Assembly (NCBI GenBank): GCA_039809465.1
Contig: JBDHVB010000003.1
Location: 1 to 55,463 of the forward strand
Direction: 5' to 3'
DNA length: 55,463 bases
Source: Myxococcota bacterium
GTDB taxonomy: Bacteria > Myxococcota > XYA12-FULL-58-9 > JALHOP01
The translations under genes and the position numbers were made by a program. Position 1 is the stretch's first letter; every line of letters starts with the position of its first letter. This document shows positions 47,719-55,463 of the stretch, piece by piece. A model generated the notes under the pieces. The model saw only the letters and a list, made by a program, of their open reading frames with translations, searched no databases and was not told the DNA's origin.

Positions 47719-49308
47719 ATGTTCGTCACACCGGTTCTGCGCGGCGGCGTTACCCGCTTCGTCATCTCGACCGCGTTCGGCGCCTTGCTCGCGTCGCGTG
47801 TCGCTAAGGCCGCGACCTTCGAAGTCGTCAACGTGAACCCCGACGGCGCCGGGAGCCTCGCGCAGGCGGTCATCGACGCCAATGCCGCCGCTGGAGCGGA
47901 CGTCATCACCTTCGCGTCGGGCGTCACTGGCACCATCACGCCCTCGGCGACGCTCGCCATCACGGACTCCGTGGAGATCCAAGGGCCAGGCACGGCGGCG
48001 CTCGCGGTCAGTGGCGGCAACGCGCGCCGGGTCTTCGAGCTGGGAAAGGACGACACCTCGCTCGCCGTGACCATCCGTGGGCTCACCGTGACGCAAGGCT
48101 TCTCGGAGGACGACGGCGGTGGTCTCGCGTCACGGGGCACGGCGCTGATGCTCGAGGACGTCGTGTTCTCGGACAACCGCGCGTACTCGGGCGGCGCCAT
48201 CTATGCGACTGGCCGCACTCCCGAGTCGCTGGTCATCCGCCGGGCCCGCCTGTCCGGCAACCGCGCCGAGTCGATGGGTGGCGCCGCGTACTTCGAGTCA
48301 ACGGGCGGCGCCATCCTCGTCGACGCCTCCATCATCGCGGACAACGTGGGTCGGGCGGGAGGTGGTGTGGCCGCGCTCGACTTCGGCCGCGTCTTCGAGG
48401 TCCGCGATAGCGTGGTGACCGGCAACGTGGTGCGGGACGGCGGGGGTGGTCTCTATGCGGGGTATGTCAACGGGGTCCGTGAGTTTCGCGTGGTGCGCTC
48501 GGAGATCTCTCACAACGTGGCGGGGAGGGGCGGCGGGATCGGCGCCCTTCTCGAAGGCTTCGTGGTGGACCGGTCGACGATTCATGGCAACACGGCGGGC
48601 AAAGGTGGTGGGGTATGGCTCTCCGGCGCGCGGGCGAGCGTGCGCAGCTCGACCATCACCAACAACCGCGGCATCGAGAGCGGCGCGGCCGCGCTCTTGG
48701 AGTCGTGCATCGGTGTCGCGTTGGAGCACACGACCATCGCCGACAATCTCGGGCCCGCCGCCGACGGCTTCGCGGGCGTGGTCGTCACGGGCAACCCCGA
48801 GAGCATCGCCACCGCGGCGAGCTCCGTCTTGGCGGGTACGACGCCCGACACGGCGGACGTGTTGCCGCCGGTCAAGAAGTACCTGAACGCCCGCTTCACG
48901 TTCCTCGGCGCGAGCGACGCCAAGTACTGGAACGATGAGGGTGGCAACGTCATCGGCGCCGATCCCAAGCTGCGCGCCCTCGGCAACTACGGCGGCCCCA
49001 CGCCGACCCGGCCGCCCGAGAGCGGCAGCCCGCTCATCGATGCCGGCGATCCCACGTTCGCGGATGCCGCCGCCGTCGATCAGCGCGGTGAAGCGCGTGT
49101 CGCCAATGGGCGCATCGACATCGGCGCGGTCGAGCTGCGCGATTGCGACCGTAACGACGCGTGCGAGGGGGATGGCCCCGCCGACCCCGGCCCGACCGGC
49201 GAAGGTGGCGGCAAGAAGGACGGCGGAGGCTGCGCGGCGACGACGCCGGCGAGCGCGGGCTGGATGGCGGCCCTCGCCGCGCTCACGCGCTGGTGGCGGC
49301 GCCGCTAG
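47719..49308 (+). CDS. Beta-helix / choice-of-anchor Q surface protein with MYXO-CTERM
   Basis: GAGSLAQAV..AN, GG[AG][IVL] repeats, DPKL..L..YGGPTPT..GSPLIDAG..DQRG..DIGAVE, C-terminal GGGC-TM-RRR. Confidence 0.85.
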   Translation: MFVTPVLRGGVTRFVISTAFGALLASRVAKAATFEVVNVNPDGAGSLAQAVIDANAAAGADVITFASGVTGTITPSATLAITDSVEIQGPGTAALAVSGGNARRVFELGKDDTSLAVTIRGLTVTQGFSEDDGGGLASRGTALMLEDVVFSDNRAYSGGAIYATGRTPESLVIRRARLSGNRAESMGGAAYFESTGGAILVDASIIADNVGRAGGGVAALDFGRVFEVRDSVVTGNVVRDGGGGLYAGYVNGVREFRVVRSEISHNVAGRGGGIGALLEGFVVDRSTIHGNTAGKGGGVWLSGARASVRSSTITNNRGIESGAAALLESCIGVALEHTTIADNLGPAADGFAGVVVTGNPESIATAASSVLAGTTPDTADVLPPVKKYLNARFTFLGASDAKYWNDEGGNVIGADPKLRALGNYGGPTPTRPPESGSPLIDAGDPTFADAAAVDQRGEARVANGRIDIGAVELRDCDRNDACEGDGPADPGPTGEGGGKKDGGGCAATTPASAGWMAALAALTRWWRRR

Positions 49309-49461
49309 ACATTCGCGCCTACGCGGGGTTGTCGGTGGGGGACGGATTGTCCCCATTCTTCCCGAGGACGCGTGGCCTGCAGTGGGCAGACTGAGGCGTT
49401 CATTCTACATGTCACGCTGTCCGCGCTAGCGTATTTCGCTCCGTTGCGCGCCGAACCGCGC

Positions 49462-49478
49462 TTGGCATGCCGCTCGCA
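49462..49478 (+). promoter_or_regulatory. Sigma54 -24/-12 promoter candidate
   Basis: TTGGCAT-GCCGC-TCGCA (GG-N10-GC), 14 nt before the ATG at 49493. Confidence 0.5.
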
Positions 49479-49492
49479 AAAGCGCTCGGCAA

Positions 49493-51136
49493 ATGAAGCA
49501 CCGTACCCTCACTGCCTGCGCCGTGCTCGGGCTGTCCGTTATGGCGTGTGACGGCGTCATTGGCGACACCGGCACGCTCGGGGTGCTTGGCGAGGAGCGC
49601 CAGTCGCTGTGCACCGGTACGCCCAGCGTCGCCGCTTCTCCGATGCGCCGCCTGAGCAACACCGAGTATCGCTTCACCGTCGCCGATCTGCTCGGCATGC
49701 CCGAGCTCGCGGCGCGGGTCACGGCGGACTTCGTCGAAGACACCGAGTCGCTTGGCTATCGCAACGCCGCGGAGTTCTTGAACATCTCTTCCGATACCGC
49801 GCGCCAGTACAGCGACGCCGCCGACGTGCTGTCCGTCGAAGCGGTCGCGAGCCGTTGGAACGATCTGGTGCGCTGCAATAGCGGTGAGGCCGAGCGCGAC
49901 TGCGCCCGCCGCTTCATCACCAGCTTCGGCGAGCGAGCCTATCGCCGCCCGCTCACCCAGGCGGAGGTCAGCGAAGTGCTCACCAAGAGCTACGACGCGG
50001 CCCGTAGTGGTGGCTACGACTTCCGCAGCGGCATCGAGTGGGTGATCTTCGGTGTGTTGCAGTCACCACAGTTCCTGCACCGCGTCGAGCTCGTGCGGAG
50101 CGACGGCCAGGCTGTCCGCGTTGGCGGATACGAGATGGCGTCACGTCTGTCCTATCTCATCTGGGGCTCGATGCCGGACGAGGCCTTGCTTACGGCCGCC
50201 CGCAATGGCGATCTGGACACCGACGAAGGCGTGGCGATGCAAGCCGACCGCCTTCTCGCGGACGAGAAGTCGCGCCGCATGTACGACTTCTTCGTCGAGT
50301 GGCTCGACCTCGACCGCTTCAAGGTCGGTAACCGCAGCTCGGGTGTCTACGGCGCGCTCGACGCCAATCTCACGACGCTCGTCCGGCGTGAGACCGAGGA
50401 GCTCGTCAACCACGTCATGTGGGAAGAGAACGGCACGCTCGAGGATCTGCTCACCGCGCCCTACACGTACATGAACCAGGCGCTGGCGCGGCACTACGGC
50501 GTCTCTGGTGTGAGCGGCGACGCTTTCGTGCGCGTCGAGCTCGATCCGACGAAGCGCATGGGGCTGCTGATGCAGACCAGCATGCTCACCGCGCATGACA
50601 AGGAGGCGCGAACCTCCATCGTGCGCCGTGGCGTGAAGATCCGGACCGACGTCTTGTGCGGCACCGTCGGCGCGCCGCCGGACGACGCCGTCCTGGATCT
50701 CGCGCCGACCACCCCTGGGCAGACGCAGCGCCAGATGCTCGAGGAGCACCGCACCAACGTGACTTGCAACGCCTGTCACACGCTCATGGATCCGCTGGGC
50801 CAGGTCTTCGAGAGCATCGACGCGGTGGGCCGTCTGCGCAGCCACGACGAAGCCGGCAATCAGGTGGACACGAACAGCGAGCTCACCTTCACCGACGTGG
50901 ATGGCCCGGTGAGCAGCCCGGTCGAGCTGGTGGAGCGCTTGGCGCAGTCCGACGAGGTGCGGGCGTGCTTCACCAAGCAGCTGTTCCGTTACGCGTATGG
51001 CCGCCAAGAGACCAAGGCCGACGGCTGCTCGCAGGAGCGATTGCTCGAGGATTTCGTGGCCAGTGGCTACAGCCTGCGCGGGGCGATCTCGGCCCTGACC
51101 CGCACCGACGCATTTCTGTACCGCGTGGCGAAGTGA
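49493..51136 (+). CDS. DUF1592-family (DUF1587/1595/1592/1588/1585) lipoprotein with CxxCH
   Basis: Lipobox VMAC, RRLSNTEY, RAYRRPL, MASRLSYLIWGSMPD, TSIVRRG, CNACH..DPLG. Confidence 0.9.
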   Translation: MKHRTLTACAVLGLSVMACDGVIGDTGTLGVLGEERQSLCTGTPSVAASPMRRLSNTEYRFTVADLLGMPELAARVTADFVEDTESLGYRNAAEFLNISSDTARQYSDAADVLSVEAVASRWNDLVRCNSGEAERDCARRFITSFGERAYRRPLTQAEVSEVLTKSYDAARSGGYDFRSGIEWVIFGVLQSPQFLHRVELVRSDGQAVRVGGYEMASRLSYLIWGSMPDEALLTAARNGDLDTDEGVAMQADRLLADEKSRRMYDFFVEWLDLDRFKVGNRSSGVYGALDANLTTLVRRETEELVNHVMWEENGTLEDLLTAPYTYMNQALARHYGVSGVSGDAFVRVELDPTKRMGLLMQTSMLTAHDKEARTSIVRRGVKIRTDVLCGTVGAPPDDAVLDLAPTTPGQTQRQMLEEHRTNVTCNACHTLMDPLGQVFESIDAVGRLRSHDEAGNQVDTNSELTFTDVDGPVSSPVELVERLAQSDEVRACFTKQLFRYAYGRQETKADGCSQERLLEDFVASGYSLRGAISALTRTDAFLYRVAK

Positions 51137-51145
51137 GGAGCGTCC

Positions 51146-52537
51146 ATGATCAAACCACTCAATCGACGCGCTTTTCTCCGTGGAGCCTCGGGTGTGGCGA
51201 TGGCGCTGCCGTTCCTCGACGCCATGACGCCCTTGTCCGCTAGCGCGGCCGTCGACCCCGGGCGCCCGCGCCGCATCATCTTCGTGTTCAAGCCGAACGG
51301 CGACGACCCGTCGGCGCGCATGAGCAACAGCAGCGAGACCGGCTTCGCGTTCAACGCGGTGCGTGGGGCGCTCACGCCGTACCGCTCCGACCTCATCGTC
51401 ATGGAGAACGTCGACAAGCGCCACGGCCGCCTTCCCAACGGCGAGCGTGCCGACGGCCATCAGCAGGGCGGCAGCGCCTTGGGACCGTGGAAGTCGGGCG
51501 AGGGCTCGTTTCCCATTGGTGGCGCCGATGGTCAGTTCATCGGCTACATCAAGGGCCCGACCATCGACGTCGAGCTCGGCCGCCGCGTGCGCGAGCAGGT
51601 CCCGTCGATGCCGCGCAGCCACCTCTACATGCGCGTCGGCGACACCGGGAACAACATCTGGAACGTCCACTCGCACAACGGTCCGGTGGGCAGCCAGGCT
51701 CCGGCGAACCCGTCCACCAATCCGTACACGCTCTATCAGTCGCTCTTCGGCAACCTGCAGGCCGGCGAGGAGCCGGATCCCGCCATCGTCCGCCGCGTCG
51801 CCAAGCAGCAGTCGGCGCTCGACTTGGTGAGCAGCGAGCTGACCAGCTTGAAGACGCGCCTCGGCGCCGCCGACCGCGCGCGCCTCGACCGTCACACCGA
51901 AGCGATGCGCGACATCGAGCGGTCCTTGGTGATGCCCGAGGTGACCAACGCTTGCGCGCCGTTCTACGTGGGCACGCAGCGTGACCCCTACGCGGGCGCG
52001 AACTACGCGGCCATCGGTGAGCTCTTCTTCAAGATCTCCGCTTTAGCGTTCGCTTGTGACACGACGCGCGTCGTGAACTTCAACTGGAGCGGCAACACCA
52101 ACAACCGCAGCTACGCGCACCTCGGGCTCACGAATCCAGGCTCGGGCCACCACGACCTGTCGCACCTCAACAACGAGCCGGCTTTCGCGGACATCCGCAA
52201 GATCAACACCGAGCTGTGGACCCAGACGGTGAAGCTCTACGATCTGCTCAAGAACACCGATGACGGCGACGGCACGTTATGGGACCACACCTTGGTCGTC
52301 CACTGGAACGAGCTGGGCCGCGGCTACAGCCATAGCAACAACGACAACATGGTCATCTTCGCCGGGGTGGCGCACGATTACTTCCGGCGTGGGCGGTATT
52401 TGAACCTGCAGAGCGCCGCGACCCGTGGCTTCAGCGACGTGTTGGTCTCCTGCATGCATTACATGGGTTACGAGGACGTCCGCACCTTCGGCGAGCCGGA
52501 GCTCGCGACTGGCGGACCGGTCACCGGCCTCACCTGA
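51146..52537 (+). CDS. DUF1552-family Tat-exported protein
   Basis: NRRAFLRGA..ALPFLDAM, TID, DRARLDRH, ACDTTRV, HHDLSH, HSN. Confidence 0.9.
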   Translation: MIKPLNRRAFLRGASGVAMALPFLDAMTPLSASAAVDPGRPRRIIFVFKPNGDDPSARMSNSSETGFAFNAVRGALTPYRSDLIVMENVDKRHGRLPNGERADGHQQGGSALGPWKSGEGSFPIGGADGQFIGYIKGPTIDVELGRRVREQVPSMPRSHLYMRVGDTGNNIWNVHSHNGPVGSQAPANPSTNPYTLYQSLFGNLQAGEEPDPAIVRRVAKQQSALDLVSSELTSLKTRLGAADRARLDRHTEAMRDIERSLVMPEVTNACAPFYVGTQRDPYAGANYAAIGELFFKISALAFACDTTRVVNFNWSGNTNNRSYAHLGLTNPGSGHHDLSHLNNEPAFADIRKINTELWTQTVKLYDLLKNTDDGDGTLWDHTLVVHWNELGRGYSHSNNDNMVIFAGVAHDYFRRGRYLNLQSAATRGFSDVLVSCMHYMGYEDVRTFGEPELATGGPVTGLT

Positions 52538-52582
52538 CGTTGGGGTTGCGGCGCCGCATTCAGGGCGATAGGTTCCGGCCCC

Positions 52583-53056
52583 ATGTCGAGCTTCCCGATT
52601 ACGCCTGATGGCCTCGAGCGCATGAAAAGCGAGCTGCACAACCTCAAGACGCACGAGCGCCCGAAAATCAGCAAAGAGATCGGTGAAGCGCGCGAGCTTG
52701 GCGACCTGTCGGAGAACTTCGAGTACCACGCCGCTAAAGACCGCCAGGGTCTGGTCGAGGCGAAGATCCGCGACCTCGAGGACAAGGTGGCGCGCGCGCA
52801 GGTGATCGATCCCACGAAGCTGGGCGGTGAGCGCGTCGTGTTTGGCGCTACCGTGACCATCGAGGATGTCGAGGACGGCTCGGCCAAGCAGTACACCATC
52901 CTCGGCGAGTACGAGGCTGATGTAGAGAACGGGAAGATCAACGTCAATTCGCCATTGGCGCGCGCCCTCATCGGTAAGGAAGTCGGTGACGAGGTGAAGA
53001 TCCCCGGTAAGGGCGGGCAGCGTACCGTCGAGATCAGCGCGATCAGCTTCAAGTGA
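52583..53056 (+). CDS. greA: Transcription elongation factor GreA
   Basis: GDLSENFEYHAAK, VFGATV, SPLARALIGK. Confidence 0.96.
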   Translation: MSSFPITPDGLERMKSELHNLKTHERPKISKEIGEARELGDLSENFEYHAAKDRQGLVEAKIRDLEDKVARAQVIDPTKLGGERVVFGATVTIEDVEDGSAKQYTILGEYEADVENGKINVNSPLARALIGKEVGDEVKIPGKGGQRTVEISAISFK

Positions 53057-53060
53057 CGGC

Positions 53061-55463
53061 GTGAGTAACGAGAAGGCGACGGAGCTAGAGACGCTCCTCG
53101 CACCCTTGCGTAACCCGCTGACCTTCGCGGCTCGCAATGACTTCGAGAACGTCGAGCGCATCAAGGATCTGGAGAAGACCTTGCTGGCGGCCGCGCGGCG
53201 GTTGGTGGGGGTTGTGCGCGATGGCGGAGTTAGGGCGAGGCTTGGGAGTATCGTGGAGGTGTTGGAGGGGAAGGGGGGGCGGAAGGAGAAGGTGAGGAGG
53301 GTGTTGGAGGAGGTGGAGGCGATTGCGGAGGGGAGGGAGCCGATTGCCGATAGCCGAAGGCTGATAGCCGATGGCCGAGGACCGATAGCCGAGAGCCGAT
53401 TGCCGAAGGCCGATGACCGAAGGCCGATCGCCGATGGCCGAAAGCCGATTGCCGATAGCCGACCGCCGATCGCCGATGACCGAGCGCCGCCCGCCGAGCG
53501 CCGTGTCTCGAAGAAGCCCGAGTCCCTCTCGCTCAAGTCCGAGGTCCAGTACGTCAAGGGTATTGGGCCGGGGATTGCCAAGCTCTTGAACGACAAGGGC
53601 ATCGCGACCGTCGAGGATCTCATCCGCTTTCTTCCCCGCCGTTACGAGGATCGCTCCCTCCGGGGCAGCATCCGCGATCTGACTCCCGGGGAAGGTGCGA
53701 CGATTCAAGGGACCATCCTCGCCAAGTCCGCCAAGAATTTCCGCGGCCGCCGCTCGCTCGAGGTGGCGATTGGTGACGATACCGGGACGCTGCGGCTCAC
53801 TTGGTTCCGCTCGCTGGGGGCTGACTGGGCGGAGCGCTTCGCGAAGGGGAAGCGTGTCCAGGTCTCGGGGGTGGTCAAGGTGTTCCGTGGCCAGCTGCAG
53901 ATGGCGCATCCCGAGACACGTATCCTCGACGACGATGGCCCCGCTCCCGAGGCGCCCACCGAGCTCGTTCCTATTTACAGCGAGATCGAAGGCCTGCGCC
54001 CGCAGCAGCTGCGCCGCGTGCTCGACAACGTGTTGCCGCTCGCAAGCCACCTCGACGACTGCATCCCGACCGCCATCGCGGAGCGCCACCACCTCCCGGA
54101 TCTCGGCACCTCGGTGCAACTCCTGCACCGCCCGCCGCGCGCGACCGACCTCCAAGCGCTGCTCGACATGGCCACGCCCTGGCACAAGCGCCTCATCTAC
54201 GAGGAGCTCTTCCTGCTCCAGCTCGTCGTCCTGCAGCGCAAGGCCAAGGCCGCCGCCGAAGCGGGCAGGGCGGTGAGCTTCGGCGCGTCTCTCGCCGACG
54301 AAGCCGTGAAGCTCTTCCCGTTCGCGCTCACCAAGGCGCAGAGCCGCGTCCTGCGTGACATCGAGCACGACATGGGCAAAGCCGTGCCGATGCATCGCTT
54401 GCTGCAAGGCGACGTCGGCAGCGGTAAGACGGCCGTCGCCATGTCCGCTGCGGCGGCCATCGCTCATGCCGGCATGCAGGTCGCCATCATGGCCCCGACC
54501 GAGCTCCTCGCCGAGCAGCACGCCCGCACCGCGCTCGCCAGTCTCCCGAAGGCCGGCATCCGCGTCGATGTGCTCACGGGCTCGGTCACGGCGGCCGAGC
54601 GGCGGCGCATCCTCGGTGGTCTCGCGAGCGGCAACATCCAGGTCGTCGTCGGCACCCACGCGCTCATCCAGGCCGACGTGCGCTTCCACAAGCTCGCCCT
54701 CGGCATCATCGACGAGCAACACCGCTTTGGCGTACTGCAGCGCGCCCGCCTGCTCGAGCAGGGTCGCGAATCCCTCGGGGCCACGCCGCACGTGCTGGTC
54801 ATGACCGCGACGCCGATCCCACGCACGCTCGCGCTCACGGTGTACGGCGACCTCGACGTCTCGATCATCGACGAGCTGCCCCCGGGCCGCACGCCGGTGA
54901 AGACGGTGCTCTACCGTGAGAAGCAGCGCGACCAAGTGTACCGCCGCGTCCGCCACGCCGTGGAGCAGGGCCGCCAAGCCTACGTCGTGTTCCCGCTGGT
55001 CGAGGAGTCGGACAAGGAAGGCATGGCGGAGATCCGCGCGGTCACGAGCGAAGCCGAGGACCTCGCGAATGGCGCGCTCCACGGTCTGCGCATTGGCCTC
55101 TTGCACGGCCGGCTCGACGCCGCCGCCAAGGAGCAGGTGATGCGCGCCTTCCTCAACAAGCAGATCGACGTGCTGGTGGCGACCACCGTCGTCGAGGTCG
55201 GCATCGACGTCCCGAACGCGACGGTGATGGTCATCGAGCACGCCGAGCGCTTCGGTCTGTCGCAGCTCCATCAGCTCCGTGGCCGCGTCGGCCGTGGCGC
55301 GCACGCCAGCGAGTGCTTGCTGCTCACCTCGGGCACGTCGAGCGACGACGCGTGGCGCCGCTTGGGCGTCATGGAGGAGACGGCCGACGGCTTCAAGATC
55401 GCCGAAGCGGACCTCGAGATCCGCGGCCCCGGCGACTTCATCGGCACGCGCCAGTCCGGCTTG
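53061..55463 (+). CDS. recG: ATP-dependent DNA helicase RecG (3' end truncated by the window)
   Basis: Hand-translated from GTG at 53061: VKGIGP, FLPRRYEDR, RLLQGDVGSGKT, DEQHRFG, MTATPIPRT, QLHQLRGRVGRG, DLEIRGPG. Absent from the ORF track because there is no stop in the window. Confidence 0.95.
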   Translation, partial: MSNEKATELETLLAPLRNPLTFAARNDFENVERIKDLEKTLLAAARRLVGVVRDGGVRARLGSIVEVLEGKGGRKEKVRRVLEEVEAIAEGREPIADSRRLIADGRGPIAESRLPKADDRRPIADGRKPIADSRPPIADDRAPPAERRVSKKPESLSLKSEVQYVKGIGPGIAKLLNDKGIATVEDLIRFLPRRYEDRSLRGSIRDLTPGEGATIQGTILAKSAKNFRGRRSLEVAIGDDTGTLRLTWFRSLGADWAERFAKGKRVQVSGVVKVFRGQLQMAHPETRILDDDGPAPEAPTELVPIYSEIEGLRPQQLRRVLDNVLPLASHLDDCIPTAIAERHHLPDLGTSVQLLHRPPRATDLQALLDMATPWHKRLIYEELFLLQLVVLQRKAKAAAEAGRAVSFGASLADEAVKLFPFALTKAQSRVLRDIEHDMGKAVPMHRLLQGDVGSGKTAVAMSAAAAIAHAGMQVAIMAPTELLAEQHARTALASLPKAGIRVDVLTGSVTAAERRRILGGLASGNIQVVVGTHALIQADVRFHKLALGIIDEQHRFGVLQRARLLEQGRESLGATPHVLVMTATPIPRTLALTVYGDLDVSIIDELPPGRTPVKTVLYREKQRDQVYRRVRHAVEQGRQAYVVFPLVEESDKEGMAEIRAVTSEAEDLANGALHGLRIGLLHGRLDAAAKEQVMRAFLNKQIDVLVATTVVEVGIDVPNATVMVIEHAERFGLSQLHQLRGRVGRGAHASECLLLTSGTSSDDAWRRLGVMEETADGFKIAEADLEIRGPGDFIGTRQSGL
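53339..53485 (+). repeat. Degenerate heptamer array (consensus GCCGATA/GCCGANN) x21, in frame inside recG
   Basis: Read directly. It is the reverse complement of the unit at 3976-4026, and 147 nt equals 49 codons. Confidence 0.95.

Noticed and set aside
52277-53623. 448-aa minus-strand ORF containing SAIG repeats
   Set aside because: Antisense reading of the heptamer array, greA and recG. The + frame carries the conserved proteins.
53085-55304. 739-aa minus-strand ORF
   Set aside because: Antisense shadow of recG, whose motifs are all on the + strand.

Overview
High-GC chromosomal segment, most likely from a member of Myxococcota. Supporting markers are a FrzS-like pseudo-receiver, CdnL, a TIGR04563-type small-protein pair, a MYXO-CTERM protein, an FHA-sigma54 activator and a DUF1592/DUF1552 pair. 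It holds about 52 CDS, mostly core genes (ald, rpoE plus ZAS anti-sigma, dcd, xth, cls, queG, rlmN, ndk, sucCD, greA, partial recG). No rRNA, tRNA, CRISPR array, IS or prophage was recognised. Highlights: (1) one heptamer family (TATCGGC/GCCGATA) occurs as a perfect intergenic array and as a 21-unit in-frame array inside recG, and both are flanked by zones of strong strand-specific C depletion, which suggests a repeat-linked local mutagenesis process; (2) a Haliangium-type orphan bacterial microcompartment operon with no signature enzyme; (3) a TonB-dependent receptor flanked by two orphan Venus-flytrap lipoproteins; (4) an MBL plus 2x cNMP phosphodiesterase-like gene between the anti-sigma gene and frzS; (5) an antitoxin that appears to have lost its stop codon; (6) repeated leaderless-promoter signatures. 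All product calls come from recognising motifs by eye, with no database search.
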